From a virus: a stretch of DNA of 64,000 nucleotides. The notes beneath the pieces were generated by a model. The model was not told where the DNA came from, made no database searches, and saw only the letters and a list, made by a program, of their open reading frames with translations. Positions 8,901 to 19,000 of the stretch are shown one piece after another (position 1 is the first letter of the stretch; each line of letters begins with the position of its first letter). The position numbers and the translations under genes are program-made. Location of the stretch: the UHGV virus genome UHGV-0092003. One strand, given 5' to 3'.

Positions 8901-10534
8901 AGCAGCAAAGTATTGATGCGATGGTAGCCAAGGCCAATCAGCAGGTCGTTTCCAGCGCGAACGAGTTGGCCGGTCAGTTGGGTCTTACGTCTAAGGCAAG
9001 TGCAAGCTTCGACGAGTCGGTTAAAAAAACACTGAGTCAAATCGATAACGCGTTGAAGGATCAGGACATCAACGGCAAAGCCTTGCCGCCAAACTCTCGA
9101 TTCACCGACGACCAGAAGCGCCAGATGATTCGTGATCGCGATTTCATCAAAGCCAATGCTGCGGACTACTCTCAGCGTCTTGACCGCGATTCTGCCGAAC
9201 AGACAGTGTCGAAATTCACTACGACGACCAGCGGGATTATGTCGTCGGTTGATGGTGCTAATCGACAGGCTGCGATGGCTAAGTGGATGGAAGACTATCA
9301 GCGCGACATCAAGACACTTCAGAGTTATATCGCAACGACTCAGTCGGATGTAATGAAGGATGTGTACCAGCGCAGTCTGAAAGCGATGAGAGAAGGTGGC
9401 AGTCGTGCCTTTATCGAGCAGTTTGGGACTGAAACGCAGAAGATGGCGCTGGAGTACGAAGACGTCGCCGGTCAAATTGAGACCGTGTGGAGTAATGCGT
9501 TCTCCAGTATGACGGACACGATTACCGACTTCATTATGGACGGTAAGGCGAGTTTCAGTGATTTTGCAAGATCGATCGTCAAAGACATAGCCAGCATCAT
9601 TGTTAAATCGCAGATCACTGCACCGCTCATGAATATGATGGGCATGGGAACCAACGGTGCGGGTAATACCGGCAACATTGCTGGGGCTATGCTGAATCAG
9701 GGCGTAAGTCTCGTCAGCTCCGGCGGCGCCGGTGTTAATGTCAATAACGGTGACAAATCCATTGGTCAGTCCGCGAAGGAGACCAGCGCGGGTATTAGCC
9801 AAATGAGTACGGCCACCGAGAATGCTAACAGCGGATTGTCTGGGATGGTTAGTAGCGCCTGGAATTCTACAAAGTCATTCCTTGGTCTTGGTGCGGCTAC
9901 GGGTAATCAGACTAAGGCAATCGGCGCCAACATTCTGACGATGAATAATCTATCTTCAGTGGCAGCAGGTTTGACGGCTGTTTTCGCTTCGATGGGGGCT
10001 AGTTCGACTTCATCGAAGGGGCGTTGGCTGAACTTTGGTATGTCCATGGTATCCGCGGCAACATCGGTCTGGGCTGGTAGCCTCGCGAGTGGAGGTGGTG
10101 GGTCTGGTGGGTCTGGAACAACGCAGGCCAATGGTCAGAACATTCCACCCATTCCTAAATTTGAGAAGGGCGGGATCATGGGGCCAAATGGTGTAATTCC
10201 ACTGAAGACTTACTCCAAAGGCGGGATCGCTACTTCGCCGCAGCTGGCTCTATTTGGCGAAGGGAAAGACAATGAAGCCTATGTCCCTCTGCCTGATGGT
10301 CGTTCGATTCCAGTGACGATGACGGGGAATGTTGGCGGCGGCGGAACGATTGCTCCGGTTGCCATCAACATCAGCGTTAATTCGGACGGTTCCAGTTCAA
10401 CGTCTGGTTCGGACACGGACAGCAAAGGTTGGAACGATGCGGCACAACGCATCAAAAATATCGTTCTTGAAACGATTACTCAGGAAAAGCGCCCTGGTGG
10501 TTCTCTGAACAAAAACACCAACGGCAACAGGTAA
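5996..10534 (+). CDS. tail tape measure protein (1512 aa)
   Basis: Long α-helical protein with Gly-rich segments, placed between chaperones and distal tail genes. Confidence 0.9.
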   Translation: MSDIVDFKLTLNDKEFSTSIKNAGNLLETFGKTASNNSKKMSSLERSVVATGRSFSVLSVSLGKGADKMEDFAAGTELASQSLRAIRENIAAINRSLSVFSTRVDQTSGKVGALTSVLKKAQSELLDFADFADHAGKSAKSFSNHASDMGNTTSSLNRRLSNTSKVLDRWKGTTDKAADGLKNVRDQMDAVIDRQKSLSGRILGGGRVGGSGGGSGGGRGNSGGGHGRSENGLFEGLRGNIFLLGEIGDAARTVKEMLFGWQQPLIEAMSKMQNTRILLQGLEKDAKNPQDAAEKDMNFIMGLSEKVHVSLDAVSDAFVKLKSGGIDPTTGSLNALVNSVAQFGGDSEILKRAAIAIQQMSGKGVISMEELRQQLGEAVPTAMQSMADTMGVSMAKLVKDVSLGAVEAKSALDMLFLGMEIDSAGAADRLSHSFTGALAQMQTAFMRFSDNMAKGGYLDALSDGLKQLSTYLNTTEGQLFAYNFGQGMTAIVKTLTDMASWIGKNIELVKTIAQIVGLGMGFKLLKTIVTGSLGTALEMFSSLNKSLGLATKGVTSFLSVTGKIVQDIRNFGLFAAAVINITEAIRGAKTAWLAFTTVLQFNPIIVGITAVVGVVALLASTFESVSEKASDALEKIKAVPEAMGKNEQAALTARLNQLDLEEADYKRRKSIYMSSTPEQQKGLAKSDKFNIDNINAGLKDVQSQRQDIQNAMGGAVVAVASKEISRNLQSGLKKIDDQFTKDAASLSTSAKDYRDRSDAISNDKSLSKDEKNSQLEKLNADRQKGLIDATQKRLEGYQNLVKTLQDQKASVESQLKSESLTAEQKKTLDTKNIALSKQINDLNNNQVQMAQADLDRAKKSMSGDTPKLSTQTKTGDRIKLITDNAGKKVGDFVNPDTGEALRDLLGNVITGQNQMSVNQRYLSAVGDKKFDDLSRSEQNSIKKGLADAAKADKIAADKRLQSANIAASKQQSIDAMVAKANQQVVSSANELAGQLGLTSKASASFDESVKKTLSQIDNALKDQDINGKALPPNSRFTDDQKRQMIRDRDFIKANAADYSQRLDRDSAEQTVSKFTTTTSGIMSSVDGANRQAAMAKWMEDYQRDIKTLQSYIATTQSDVMKDVYQRSLKAMREGGSRAFIEQFGTETQKMALEYEDVAGQIETVWSNAFSSMTDTITDFIMDGKASFSDFARSIVKDIASIIVKSQITAPLMNMMGMGTNGAGNTGNIAGAMLNQGVSLVSSGGAGVNVNNGDKSIGQSAKETSAGISQMSTATENANSGLSGMVSSAWNSTKSFLGLGAATGNQTKAIGANILTMNNLSSVAAGLTAVFASMGASSTSSKGRWLNFGMSMVSAATSVWAGSLASGGGGSGGSGTTQANGQNIPPIPKFEKGGIMGPNGVIPLKTYSKGGIATSPQLALFGEGKDNEAYVPLPDGRSIPVTMTGNVGGGGTIAPVAINISVNSDGSSSTSGSDTDSKGWNDAAQRIKNIVLETITQEKRPGGSLNKNTNGNR

Positions 10535-10582
10535 AAACAAAGCCGCCTACAGGAAGTGGGCGGCATCTCAAGGAAGAGAAAA
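10532..10582 (+). promoter_or_regulatory. conserved hairpin+RBS element, copy 1 (GCCGCC…GGCGGC + ATCTCAAGGAAGAGA)
   Basis: Near-identical ~48-bp element also at 25965–26011, after the other giant gene. Confidence 0.5.
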
Positions 10583-10918
10583 ATGGCAAGACAAACCTTT
10601 AACTGGTTCCCGGACTTTGAGTCCGAAAAGACGGTAAAGCCAGAAGTGACCATTCTGAAATTTGGCGACGACTACGAGCAACGCCAGTCAGCCGGTCTTA
10701 ACCGCATTAAAGAAGAATGGGCGCTGACGTTTAAAAGACCTTACAGCATCGGTAATGCTATCGACGATTTTCTGACAGCTCGCGGCGCAGTTGAGTCATT
10801 TTACTGGACGACCCCGCGCAATAAGAAAATCATCTGTGTGTGTGATTCTCATACTGTTAAACGCTATCCGGGGTATTTGGAGATCAGTTGTACCTTTAGA
10901 CAAGTTTTTGAATCTTGA
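10583..10918 (+). CDS. minor tail protein M-like
   Basis: 111 aa from the ATG with RBS AAGGAAGAGA; the upstream GTG at 10556 is less likely. Lambda gene order. Confidence 0.55.
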   Translation: MARQTFNWFPDFESEKTVKPEVTILKFGDDYEQRQSAGLNRIKEEWALTFKRPYSIGNAIDDFLTARGAVESFYWTTPRNKKIICVCDSHTVKRYPGYLEISCTFRQVFES

Positions 10919-10937
10919 TAAGTAAGTATTTACTTAT
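10917..10937. promoter_or_regulatory. palindrome ATAAGTAA-GTAT-TTACTTAT (family A)
   Basis: Perfect inverted repeat between the M-like and L-like genes. Confidence 0.5.
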
Positions 10938-10968
10938 TAATATATAAGGTATCGTTTTTAACTCAAGG

Positions 10969-11673
10969 ATGAGTATGAGTATTCGCACGGAAATTCAGGG
11001 GTTGGCACCGTCCTCCATTATCGAGCTTTTTGAGCTTGATATGTCGGTAACAACCTCGGGCGGGAAGCTTTTCTTTCACGCCGGAACGAACAATCTCGGC
11101 ACATCTGTCGTCTGGCAGGGCGTTGAGTACCAGCCATGGCCGATTAAGGCGAGTGGGTTCGATAAAACGGGTTCAGGTTCTTTGCCTCGACCAAAGATTA
11201 CCGTATCTAACTATGGCGGCACAATTTCAGCTGAAGTCGCGGCAAATGACGATCTGGTTGGTTGCACAATCACGCGTCGACGCACGCTGGCTCGCTTCCT
11301 CGACGCATCGAACTTTCCGGCCGGAAACGCGACCGCCGACGCTTCTCAGCACTTCCCTGATGAAATCTGGTTCGTTGAGCAGAAGACGCTGGAGACTAAA
11401 GATAGCGTCGAATTTGAGCTATCCAGTGTATTTGATTTGATGGGTGTTCAGTTGCCCGCACGTCAGATCATCAAAAACAGCTGCCCGTGGAAATACCGCG
11501 GCGCGGAGTGTGGCTTCTCAGGCCCGTACTTCGACAAGAACAACAACCAGGTCACATCGGCCAGCGAAGACTACTGCACCAAGCGTCTCGATGCGTGTAA
11601 GGCAAGGCGGAACTTCTTCGCCAACGGAATCATTGCTTTTGGCGGCTTTCCGGGGGCAACGCGTGTTCAGTGA
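10969..11673 (+). CDS. minor tail protein L-like
   Basis: 234 aa (lambda L is about 232 aa). Cys-rich C-terminus; gene order. Confidence 0.6.
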   Translation: MSMSIRTEIQGLAPSSIIELFELDMSVTTSGGKLFFHAGTNNLGTSVVWQGVEYQPWPIKASGFDKTGSGSLPRPKITVSNYGGTISAEVAANDDLVGCTITRRRTLARFLDASNFPAGNATADASQHFPDEIWFVEQKTLETKDSVEFELSSVFDLMGVQLPARQIIKNSCPWKYRGAECGFSGPYFDKNNNQVTSASEDYCTKRLDACKARRNFFANGIIAFGGFPGATRVQ

Positions 11674-11698
11674 TATTAAATCCATTGCCGGCTCCGCG

Positions 11699-12466
11699 GT
11701 GACGCAGTCGCTATATCAATGCGCTATTGCCCGTTATCCAAATGAGGCGTGCGGGTTCATCGTCCAGACATCGGGGGAGAAATATCGCTTTATTGAGGCG
11801 CGAAACGTCTCTGAAGACCAGACCAATGAGTTTGTCATGCATCACGAAGACGTGATTGCTGCCGAAGACGAGGGCGAGGTTGTGGCTATCTGGCATAGCC
11901 ACACTGATCGCCCTCCAGTGGCCTCTGACGCCGACCGCGCTGGTTGTGAGGCAACGGAGCTACCTTGGCTCATCCTCTCCGTCACGAAAAATCTTAACCC
12001 GGAGATTGATGCCGAGTTTCGTTTAAGCGAGATGGAAGTGATCACGCCCAATGGCTTTGAAATGCCGTACACCGGCCGACCGTATGTCTTTGGCATCTTC
12101 GACTGCTGGATGCTGTGTCGAGACTATCTGAAACGCGAATTCAATATCGAGATCAACGCCAACGCTCACCTGCATATCCCGTCGTGGTATCTGGGCGACG
12201 ACGACATTCTCGACCTGAATTATCGCAATGAAAATCTCGTCCGTCTTGCCCATGGCGAAGAGCCTCAGAAGGGCGACATCTTCTTCATTCAGTACGGGAA
12301 GATGCCAGATCACTGCGCTGTTTACGTTGGTGACAACCGCATCCTGCATCACCAAATCGACAGACTCAGCAGTCACGCCACTTACGGCGGTATGTACCAG
12401 AAAAATACGACGCATCATTTGCGTCATCGGGCGTTATTAACAGGGAAGGAAAAATGTCTGAATTAG
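11699..12466 (+). CDS. tail assembly protein K-like (MPN/JAMM + NlpC/P60)
   Basis: GTG start giving MTQ…. JAMM motif HSHTDRPPVASDAD (HxHx7Sx2D). NlpC/P60 Cys (FDCWMLC) and His (DHCAVYVG…HH). Confidence 0.8.
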   Translation: MTQSLYQCAIARYPNEACGFIVQTSGEKYRFIEARNVSEDQTNEFVMHHEDVIAAEDEGEVVAIWHSHTDRPPVASDADRAGCEATELPWLILSVTKNLNPEIDAEFRLSEMEVITPNGFEMPYTGRPYVFGIFDCWMLCRDYLKREFNIEINANAHLHIPSWYLGDDDILDLNYRNENLVRLAHGEEPQKGDIFFIQYGKMPDHCAVYVGDNRILHHQIDRLSSHATYGGMYQKNTTHHLRHRALLTGKEKCLN

Positions 12467-13065
12467 TTCATGTCCAGCTGGGCGGCGCACTTGCGAACCG
12501 CTTCGGCCGACACTGGCATCTCCGCGCATCAAATGCGGCGCAAGCCATCAATCTGATCGACGCAAACAAACCAGGCTTAAATGCCTGGATTCGTCGTAAT
12601 GCGAAGGTTTACGACCGTTATCACATTCAAATCACAACCAAAAGTGGAGCCACATGGTCGGTTGACGAAACCGAATACATGATGAAAGGCGCCGGTAAGG
12701 ATGTTGAGAAAATACGCATCACGCCAATACCAAAGGGACGTGGCGGGAAGACGCTTGGCTACGTTCAGGTCGCGATTGGCGCCGCGATGGTGGTCATTGG
12801 TGCATTCACAGAAATCTTCACTGCAGGCACATCCTCGGCGCTGGTTGTGGCCGGCATGAGCATGATGATGGGCGGTCTGGCTCAGATCCTATCCCCACAA
12901 GCAAAAAACCCGGAAGTGAGACAAGCGGATAACTCCGACTCGTTTTATTTCGACGGGCCTCAAAACACTACTAATCAGGGAAACCCGGTTCAGCTGAACT
13001 ACGGCGAAGAAATTCTCGTTGGCTCGCAAATCGCAAGTTCCTCTATCACTATTGACCAGATTTAA
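12454..13065 (+). CDS. tail assembly protein I-like
   Basis: 203 aa with N-terminal ubiquitin-like region and hydrophobic C-terminal half. Lies between K and J. Confidence 0.65.
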   Translation: MSELVHVQLGGALANRFGRHWHLRASNAAQAINLIDANKPGLNAWIRRNAKVYDRYHIQITTKSGATWSVDETEYMMKGAGKDVEKIRITPIPKGRGGKTLGYVQVAIGAAMVVIGAFTEIFTAGTSSALVVAGMSMMMGGLAQILSPQAKNPEVRQADNSDSFYFDGPQNTTNQGNPVQLNYGEEILVGSQIASSSITIDQI

Positions 13066-13076
13066 CGGTGGAATAA

Positions 13077-16000
13077 ATGGAAGTTCCAAATTTCAAAAAA
13101 AGCCGTCTCTCGCAATTAGTCGCGCACGGCCTGATTATCTCAGGACGCGGCGGCAGTAAGGGTGGCGGTAGCTCAAGGACGCCGGTGGAGGCTAATGACA
13201 CGGTAAACAGCCGCGCCATGGCTTCTGTATTGGATTTGCTGGGTGAGGGTGTTATCGGTGGTCTGATTGATGGGGCAAAATCCATCTTCCTGAACGACAC
13301 GCCGCTCCAGAATAGCGACAATTCCTACAACTTCAGCGGTGTAACCTGGTGGTTCCGCGACGGTTCTCAGGATCAAAGTGTCATCGATGGTTTTGACTTC
13401 ATTGAAACGCCGAAATCAGTAGGGCGTCAATTGAAGCAAACGAGCCAGGTTAACGTGTCTCTGGATTCTGCGGACAGCGATCGCGTTCGTGTGGTGATGA
13501 AGTTCCCTTCACTTCGCAGCATCGATAAAAAGAGCGGCGATACTAACGGTACGACGGTCCAGTTTAAATTCCAGATCGACGCAGGTAATGGCGGCGGCTT
13601 TGTTGACGTTGTTGCAGAGGGAGAATCCAACGCAACCATTTCTCTGACCGCGAAGAAGACAGGTGTTTATTACCGTAGTTATGTTCTGGACTTACCGAAG
13701 CCGGCAAAGGCATATACTCTGCGTGCCATTCGTCTGACTGAAGATCATACCGATAACAGCTATCTCTACGATGACACCTACATCGATTCGATCGGTGAGA
13801 TTGTCAATACCAGCCTGAACTATCCGAACTCTGCGCTCGTTGGCCTGAAAATCAACTCAGAGCAGTTCGGTTCTTCAATGCCGACTCGTTCATACCTGAT
13901 TAAAGGTTTGAAAATTCGTATCCCGTCAAACTATAACGCTGACACGAACTCCTACGACGGCAATTGGGACGGTACATTTAAGCTGGCATCATCCTCCAAC
14001 CCGGCGTGGATTCTCTTCGACTTGCTGACGAACACTCGTTACGGTCTGGGTCAGTTTGTTCAGGAGTCGATGATTAACATCGGCGAGCTGTATCAGATTG
14101 GTCGCTACTGTGACGCATACGTCGACGATGGCTTCGGCGGCAAAGAGAAACGTTTCTCTATCAATACCCAGATAACCAGTCGCCAAGATGCATATCGCGT
14201 CGTGCAGGACATTGCAGGGGCATTCCGTGGCATGGTTTATTGGGCTGGTGGCATGGTTCACATCACGCAGGATTCTCCAGCAGACCCTGTGATGCTGTTC
14301 TCCAACAGCAACGTGGTAAATGGCTCATTTGCATACAAAGGTTCGGCGCGTAAAGATCGCTATTCCGTTGCTCTTATCACCTACAACAATAAAGAAGACG
14401 GCTACAAGCAGAGCGTCGAGTATGTAGAAGATCAGGAAGCGATTAAACGCTACGGTATCCGCAAAACTGAGTCCGTCGCATTCGGCTGTACTTCGCGGGG
14501 CCAGGCGCATCGCGTTGGTCTCTGGACGCTCTACACCTCTCGCATGGAATCTGACGTCATCACCTTTGCAGTGGGTATGGACTCTGTATTCCTGATGCCT
14601 GGCGACATCGTGCTGATCGCAGATAAATTCCGCGCTGGCCGTCGCAACAGTGGTCGTATTACCGGCTACACCTCCAATAGCATCAAGCTGGACGCTCCGG
14701 TTGATCTGACTTCAGTTGGAAACCATATCACCTTCCTCAGCGCAGAAGGAAAGATGGTTGGGCGTGATATTTTGGAGAATGGGAAGAACATCACCACCGT
14801 CACGTTTAAAACCGCTCTCAGCTCCAATGAGACGCCGGTAAGCGATGCAGTGTGGGTCATTGCTCAACCAGACTTAACTCCGCTACAAGCACGCGTTGTG
14901 AGCGTTGCTGAGGGTGACGATGGTACGTCGTTCAATATCACGGCTATTCAGAACAACCCGACCAAATACGAAGCTATTGATAGCGGCGCACAGCTGATCC
15001 CGCAAAATACCACCGTTCTTGACCCAACGTTCTCAAAGCCGTCAGGTCTGGCGATTACCGAAGGCACTTATCTGTCCTCTCCGGGTAACTTGTCCGTTTC
15101 TCTGACCGCTACATGGCAGGGCAAGTCGGCTCAGTATTACATCAGCTGGCGCCGCTCCGATGCCGGGAATGTTTCAAACTGGAAATCTGAGCGCGTAACT
15201 GAAGAACAGTTCGAACTTCGTGGAGTAGCGGAGAACGGCCAGTACGACTTCCAGGTGTACGCTGTTTCTGTTGGTGGCCGCAAAACTGATCCTATCAGCA
15301 TCACCTACAAAGTTCTGGGAACCATGACGGCGCCTGATGCCCCGACCGGTCTAACTGCGGTAGGCGATTATCGCTCAATTGTTCTGAATTGGGTAAACCC
15401 GGCTTCCGTTGACTTGGATCACATCGAGGTTCTGGCATCCAAGACCAACGATAAGTCTAAAGCGCAGCTGATTGCCAAGGTATCTGGTACAACCTTCAGT
15501 CACAACGGTCTTGAAGACTCTGTCACCTGGTATTATTGGGTACGTGCAGCCAACAAACGTGGAATGCTCAGTGCGTTAAACTCCCCACTGGCAACGACCG
15601 CAACGACGCGCGACGTTCTTTCGTTCCTGCAAAATAAAATCACCGAATCCGAGTTGGGTCAGGCTCTGATTACTGATATTAACAGTAAGGCTGTGGCGAC
15701 AGAGGTGGACGCGGCCATAGACGACGCCAAGAGTCAGGCAACGAATCAGGTGAATAGTGCTCGAGCTGAGGCGGCTAATGCGGTGAGCCAAGCGCAGAAG
15801 ACTCTTGATTCGTTGATTAAGCAGGAGGTGACGGACCGCAAAAGTGCCGTTGCTGATGAAGCGAGACAGCGTGCCAAAGCTATTGCAGATGAAGCTGATG
15901 CACGCACAAAGGCGATTTCTGACGAGGCCACTGCTCGCGCAGATGCAATCTCGAAAGAGGTCACTGCTCGCGACAAGGCTATTGCTGATGAAGCCACTGC

Positions 16001-19000
16001 CCGTGCTAAAGCTGTTGCAGATGAAGCCAGCGCTCGTGCTTCCGCGATTAGCGATTCGATTGCGGTTGAGGCTAATGCTCGCGCTAAGGCGATTTCGGAT
16101 TCCGCATCCACTCTCAGTGCTAAAATTGACAAAGAGGCAAGCGACAGAGCCGCGGCAGTTTCTGCGTTGGATACTAAAACTGCCAATGCTCTCTCTTCCG
16201 AAACATCAAGTCGTATCGCCGCTATTTCTGACGAAGCAAAGACTCGCGCTGACTCGATCCTTCAGGAACAGAATAGCCGCAAGGCTGATATTAGTACGCT
16301 GAAGACCCAAGTTCAGACGTCTACTGACTCTCTGGCTCAGCAAATCTCCCAAGTGGCTGCAGGCACTGGCGAGCAGTTTGATAGTCTTAATATTTGGTAT
16401 TTCGATACCAGCAATGAAGGTTGGACTGAAGACGATAGCGGTAATACGCCAATGAGCGTAACCAGTGATGGGTGGCTGCGTTCGGCCAGCAGTACCGCAT
16501 CGTACCGATCGCCTAACTATATGGCTATTGATGCGGCCGCATACCGGTTTGTTAAATTACGTCTGAAGAAAGTGGGATCACCGGTCTGGGCTGGTAAGTT
16601 ATTTTGGATCGGTACGTCAGAAGGTGGCTGGAGCGACGCTCGCTCATTGACTATCAACGAGCCTGAATATGACGCGAATGGCGTGGCAACGCTGACGATT
16701 CACGACATTGACTGGCGTTCGTCTGAAACTATTCGCCGCTTCCGTTTTGACTTCTTGAAAAATCAGGACAGCACAAACTACGTCCAGATCGACTGGATTG
16801 CTGTTGGACGACCAACGCCGGGCGCTGGTATGGCTGCGCTGCAGGCTGAGCAGACAGCACGTGCAAATGCTGACGCAGCTGAGGCCGCAAATCGAAACAC
16901 GCTCGCCGTGCAGATTCGTGGATCATATGACGGAAACGATCTTTCTAAGGTCAGTTCTGGTCTGATTTTCCAGGAGCAGCAAGCGCGAGTTACCGCAGAC
17001 AAGGCAGAGGCAACGGCACGTCAGTCACTTGAGACGAAGGTGAATGATAGCGTGTCCAGCATCAACAAGTCGCTTGATACCCTGAACACTCAGGATAAAG
17101 CGATGGCGTCTGACATTTCCGGTATCAAATCGTCTCTTGGTAATAAGGCTGACGCGTCGGCGCTGCAAACACTCAAGACGACGGTTGACCAGCAAGGTTC
17201 TAGCATTTCCACACAGGGCCAGTCGATTACCAAGCTTCAGAATGACCTGAACACGACCAACACTAATGTAGGTAAAAAAGCCGATCAGACGGCACTCGTC
17301 TCATTGCAGGGAACCGTGACGCAGCAGGGTAAAGATATCACTTCTGCAAATAGCAGCATCACTAATCTCAAGACCTCTCTGGACGCTACGAATAGCAATT
17401 TAGCGAAGAAAGCGGATGCGTCAGCTGTTGGTGATCTGTCTTCTCGCGTCAGCGCAACCGAGGATAAAGTATCAAGTCAGGGAGATAGCATTGTTCAGCT
17501 GAATAACTCACTGAATAACGCGCTGGCCGACTCTGACGCCTCTTCTAAAACGCCTAACAATCTGATCGTCAACCCGTCATTTGAGCGCGGTACAGATGGC
17601 TATATCGGCGTATCCAGTCTCAGTACGGTCGTTGATATTCAGATACCGCATGTCGGCACAAAAGCACTGAAAATTGACCCAGGTAGCTCCGTATCTCCGG
17701 GCCAGTACATCGATTTTGTCAAAGGCCGTACTTATGAGATCGGCGTCTGGGCTAAACAGGTTTCTGGAACAGCAGATAATGGGCAGAGTAACAACAAACT
17801 GCGAGTGGGTAATAGTGCTGGAGCGCCAGTGTTTGAGGTCCCGTTCGCAAACCTCACCGTTGACTGGACGAAAGTTAGCAAACGATGGAAGGCTACCGAG
17901 ACGGGAAGTCTGCCCGTTACGCTGAGCAACTATCTGACGGCCGGAAACCGTTACTTCGACGATTTTTATGTCATTGATGTAACCGACTCCGTGGCTATTG
18001 ATGCAAATGCTTCCGCACTGTCTTCGCTACAGAATACCGTGACGCAACAGGGTAAAGACATTTCGTCCCAATCCACCAGCATCACCGACCTGAACAACAG
18101 TCTGAAAACGACCAACGACAACGTAGCGAAGAAAGCTGATTCCTCCGCTGTTCAGACTCTTCAGAACACAGTGACTCAGCAGGGTAAGGATATTTCCGCA
18201 GCTACAAGCGATATATCTTCATTGAAGAACGGTCTTGCCACGACCGATGGTAATGTTGCGAAGAAAGCTGATGCGTCTGCATTGCAGTCTCTGCAGAATA
18301 CGGTAACACAGCAGGGTAAAGATCTGACCAGCGTCGGAAGTCGAACTACCGCTCTGGAAAACAATCTCAAAGCGACGAATGACAATGTTGCAACCAAGGC
18401 CGATGCCTCCGCGCTGTCAACGCTTCAGAATACCGTATCACAGCACGGTGACTCCATTGCGTCTCAGAGCGACTCAATAACCAGTCTGAAAAACAGCGTC
18501 GGTTCTATGGTTAACATGGGCGACAATCTGGTTCAGGACTCCAGCTTTGACAACGGCGGGCAAACGTTCAGGACTCAGCAAAATTCTGGAACATCTGGAA
18601 GCATTGTTGCGTTTGGTGCGTTTGGTGAAAACTCGGCCGGTGTGCGTATGGTTAAAGTCAACAGCACGTCGCCTGGTCTGTTCGCTAACGGCAAACTGCC
18701 AGTTCCGGTAAATGGCGCGAGAAAATACCGTTACATTGTTCGCGCGAAGGGTGTTTCCGGGGCAATGAATATGCTGCTGCGCCGCTGGAATTTTAACGGC
18801 AATACGGAAGGGGCGTATGAAGATAAGAACAATACGCTTACTACTGACTGGCAGACTATTACATGGGACACATCCTTCTCGCCGAAAGATGGTGTGAATG
18901 GTCAGTCCTTTGGTATTTACTGCCATCCGGCTAATGCTGAGATCTGGATTGATTCATTCCAGGTGTTCGATATCACCGATGCTTTTAACAATGACACGAC

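Noticed and set aside
8375-9802. 475-aa plus-strand ORF in an alternate frame inside the tape measure gene
   Set aside because: Entirely nested in the tape measure gene in another frame. Composition is Arg/Leu-rich junk typical of off-frame reading of an α-helical gene.
11444-11698. ORF-track start of the K-like gene at 11444, overlapping the L-like gene by 230 nt
   Set aside because: The GTG at 11699 gives MTQS…, typical of K-family proteins, and removes the long overlap. The upstream part is an off-frame of the L-like gene.
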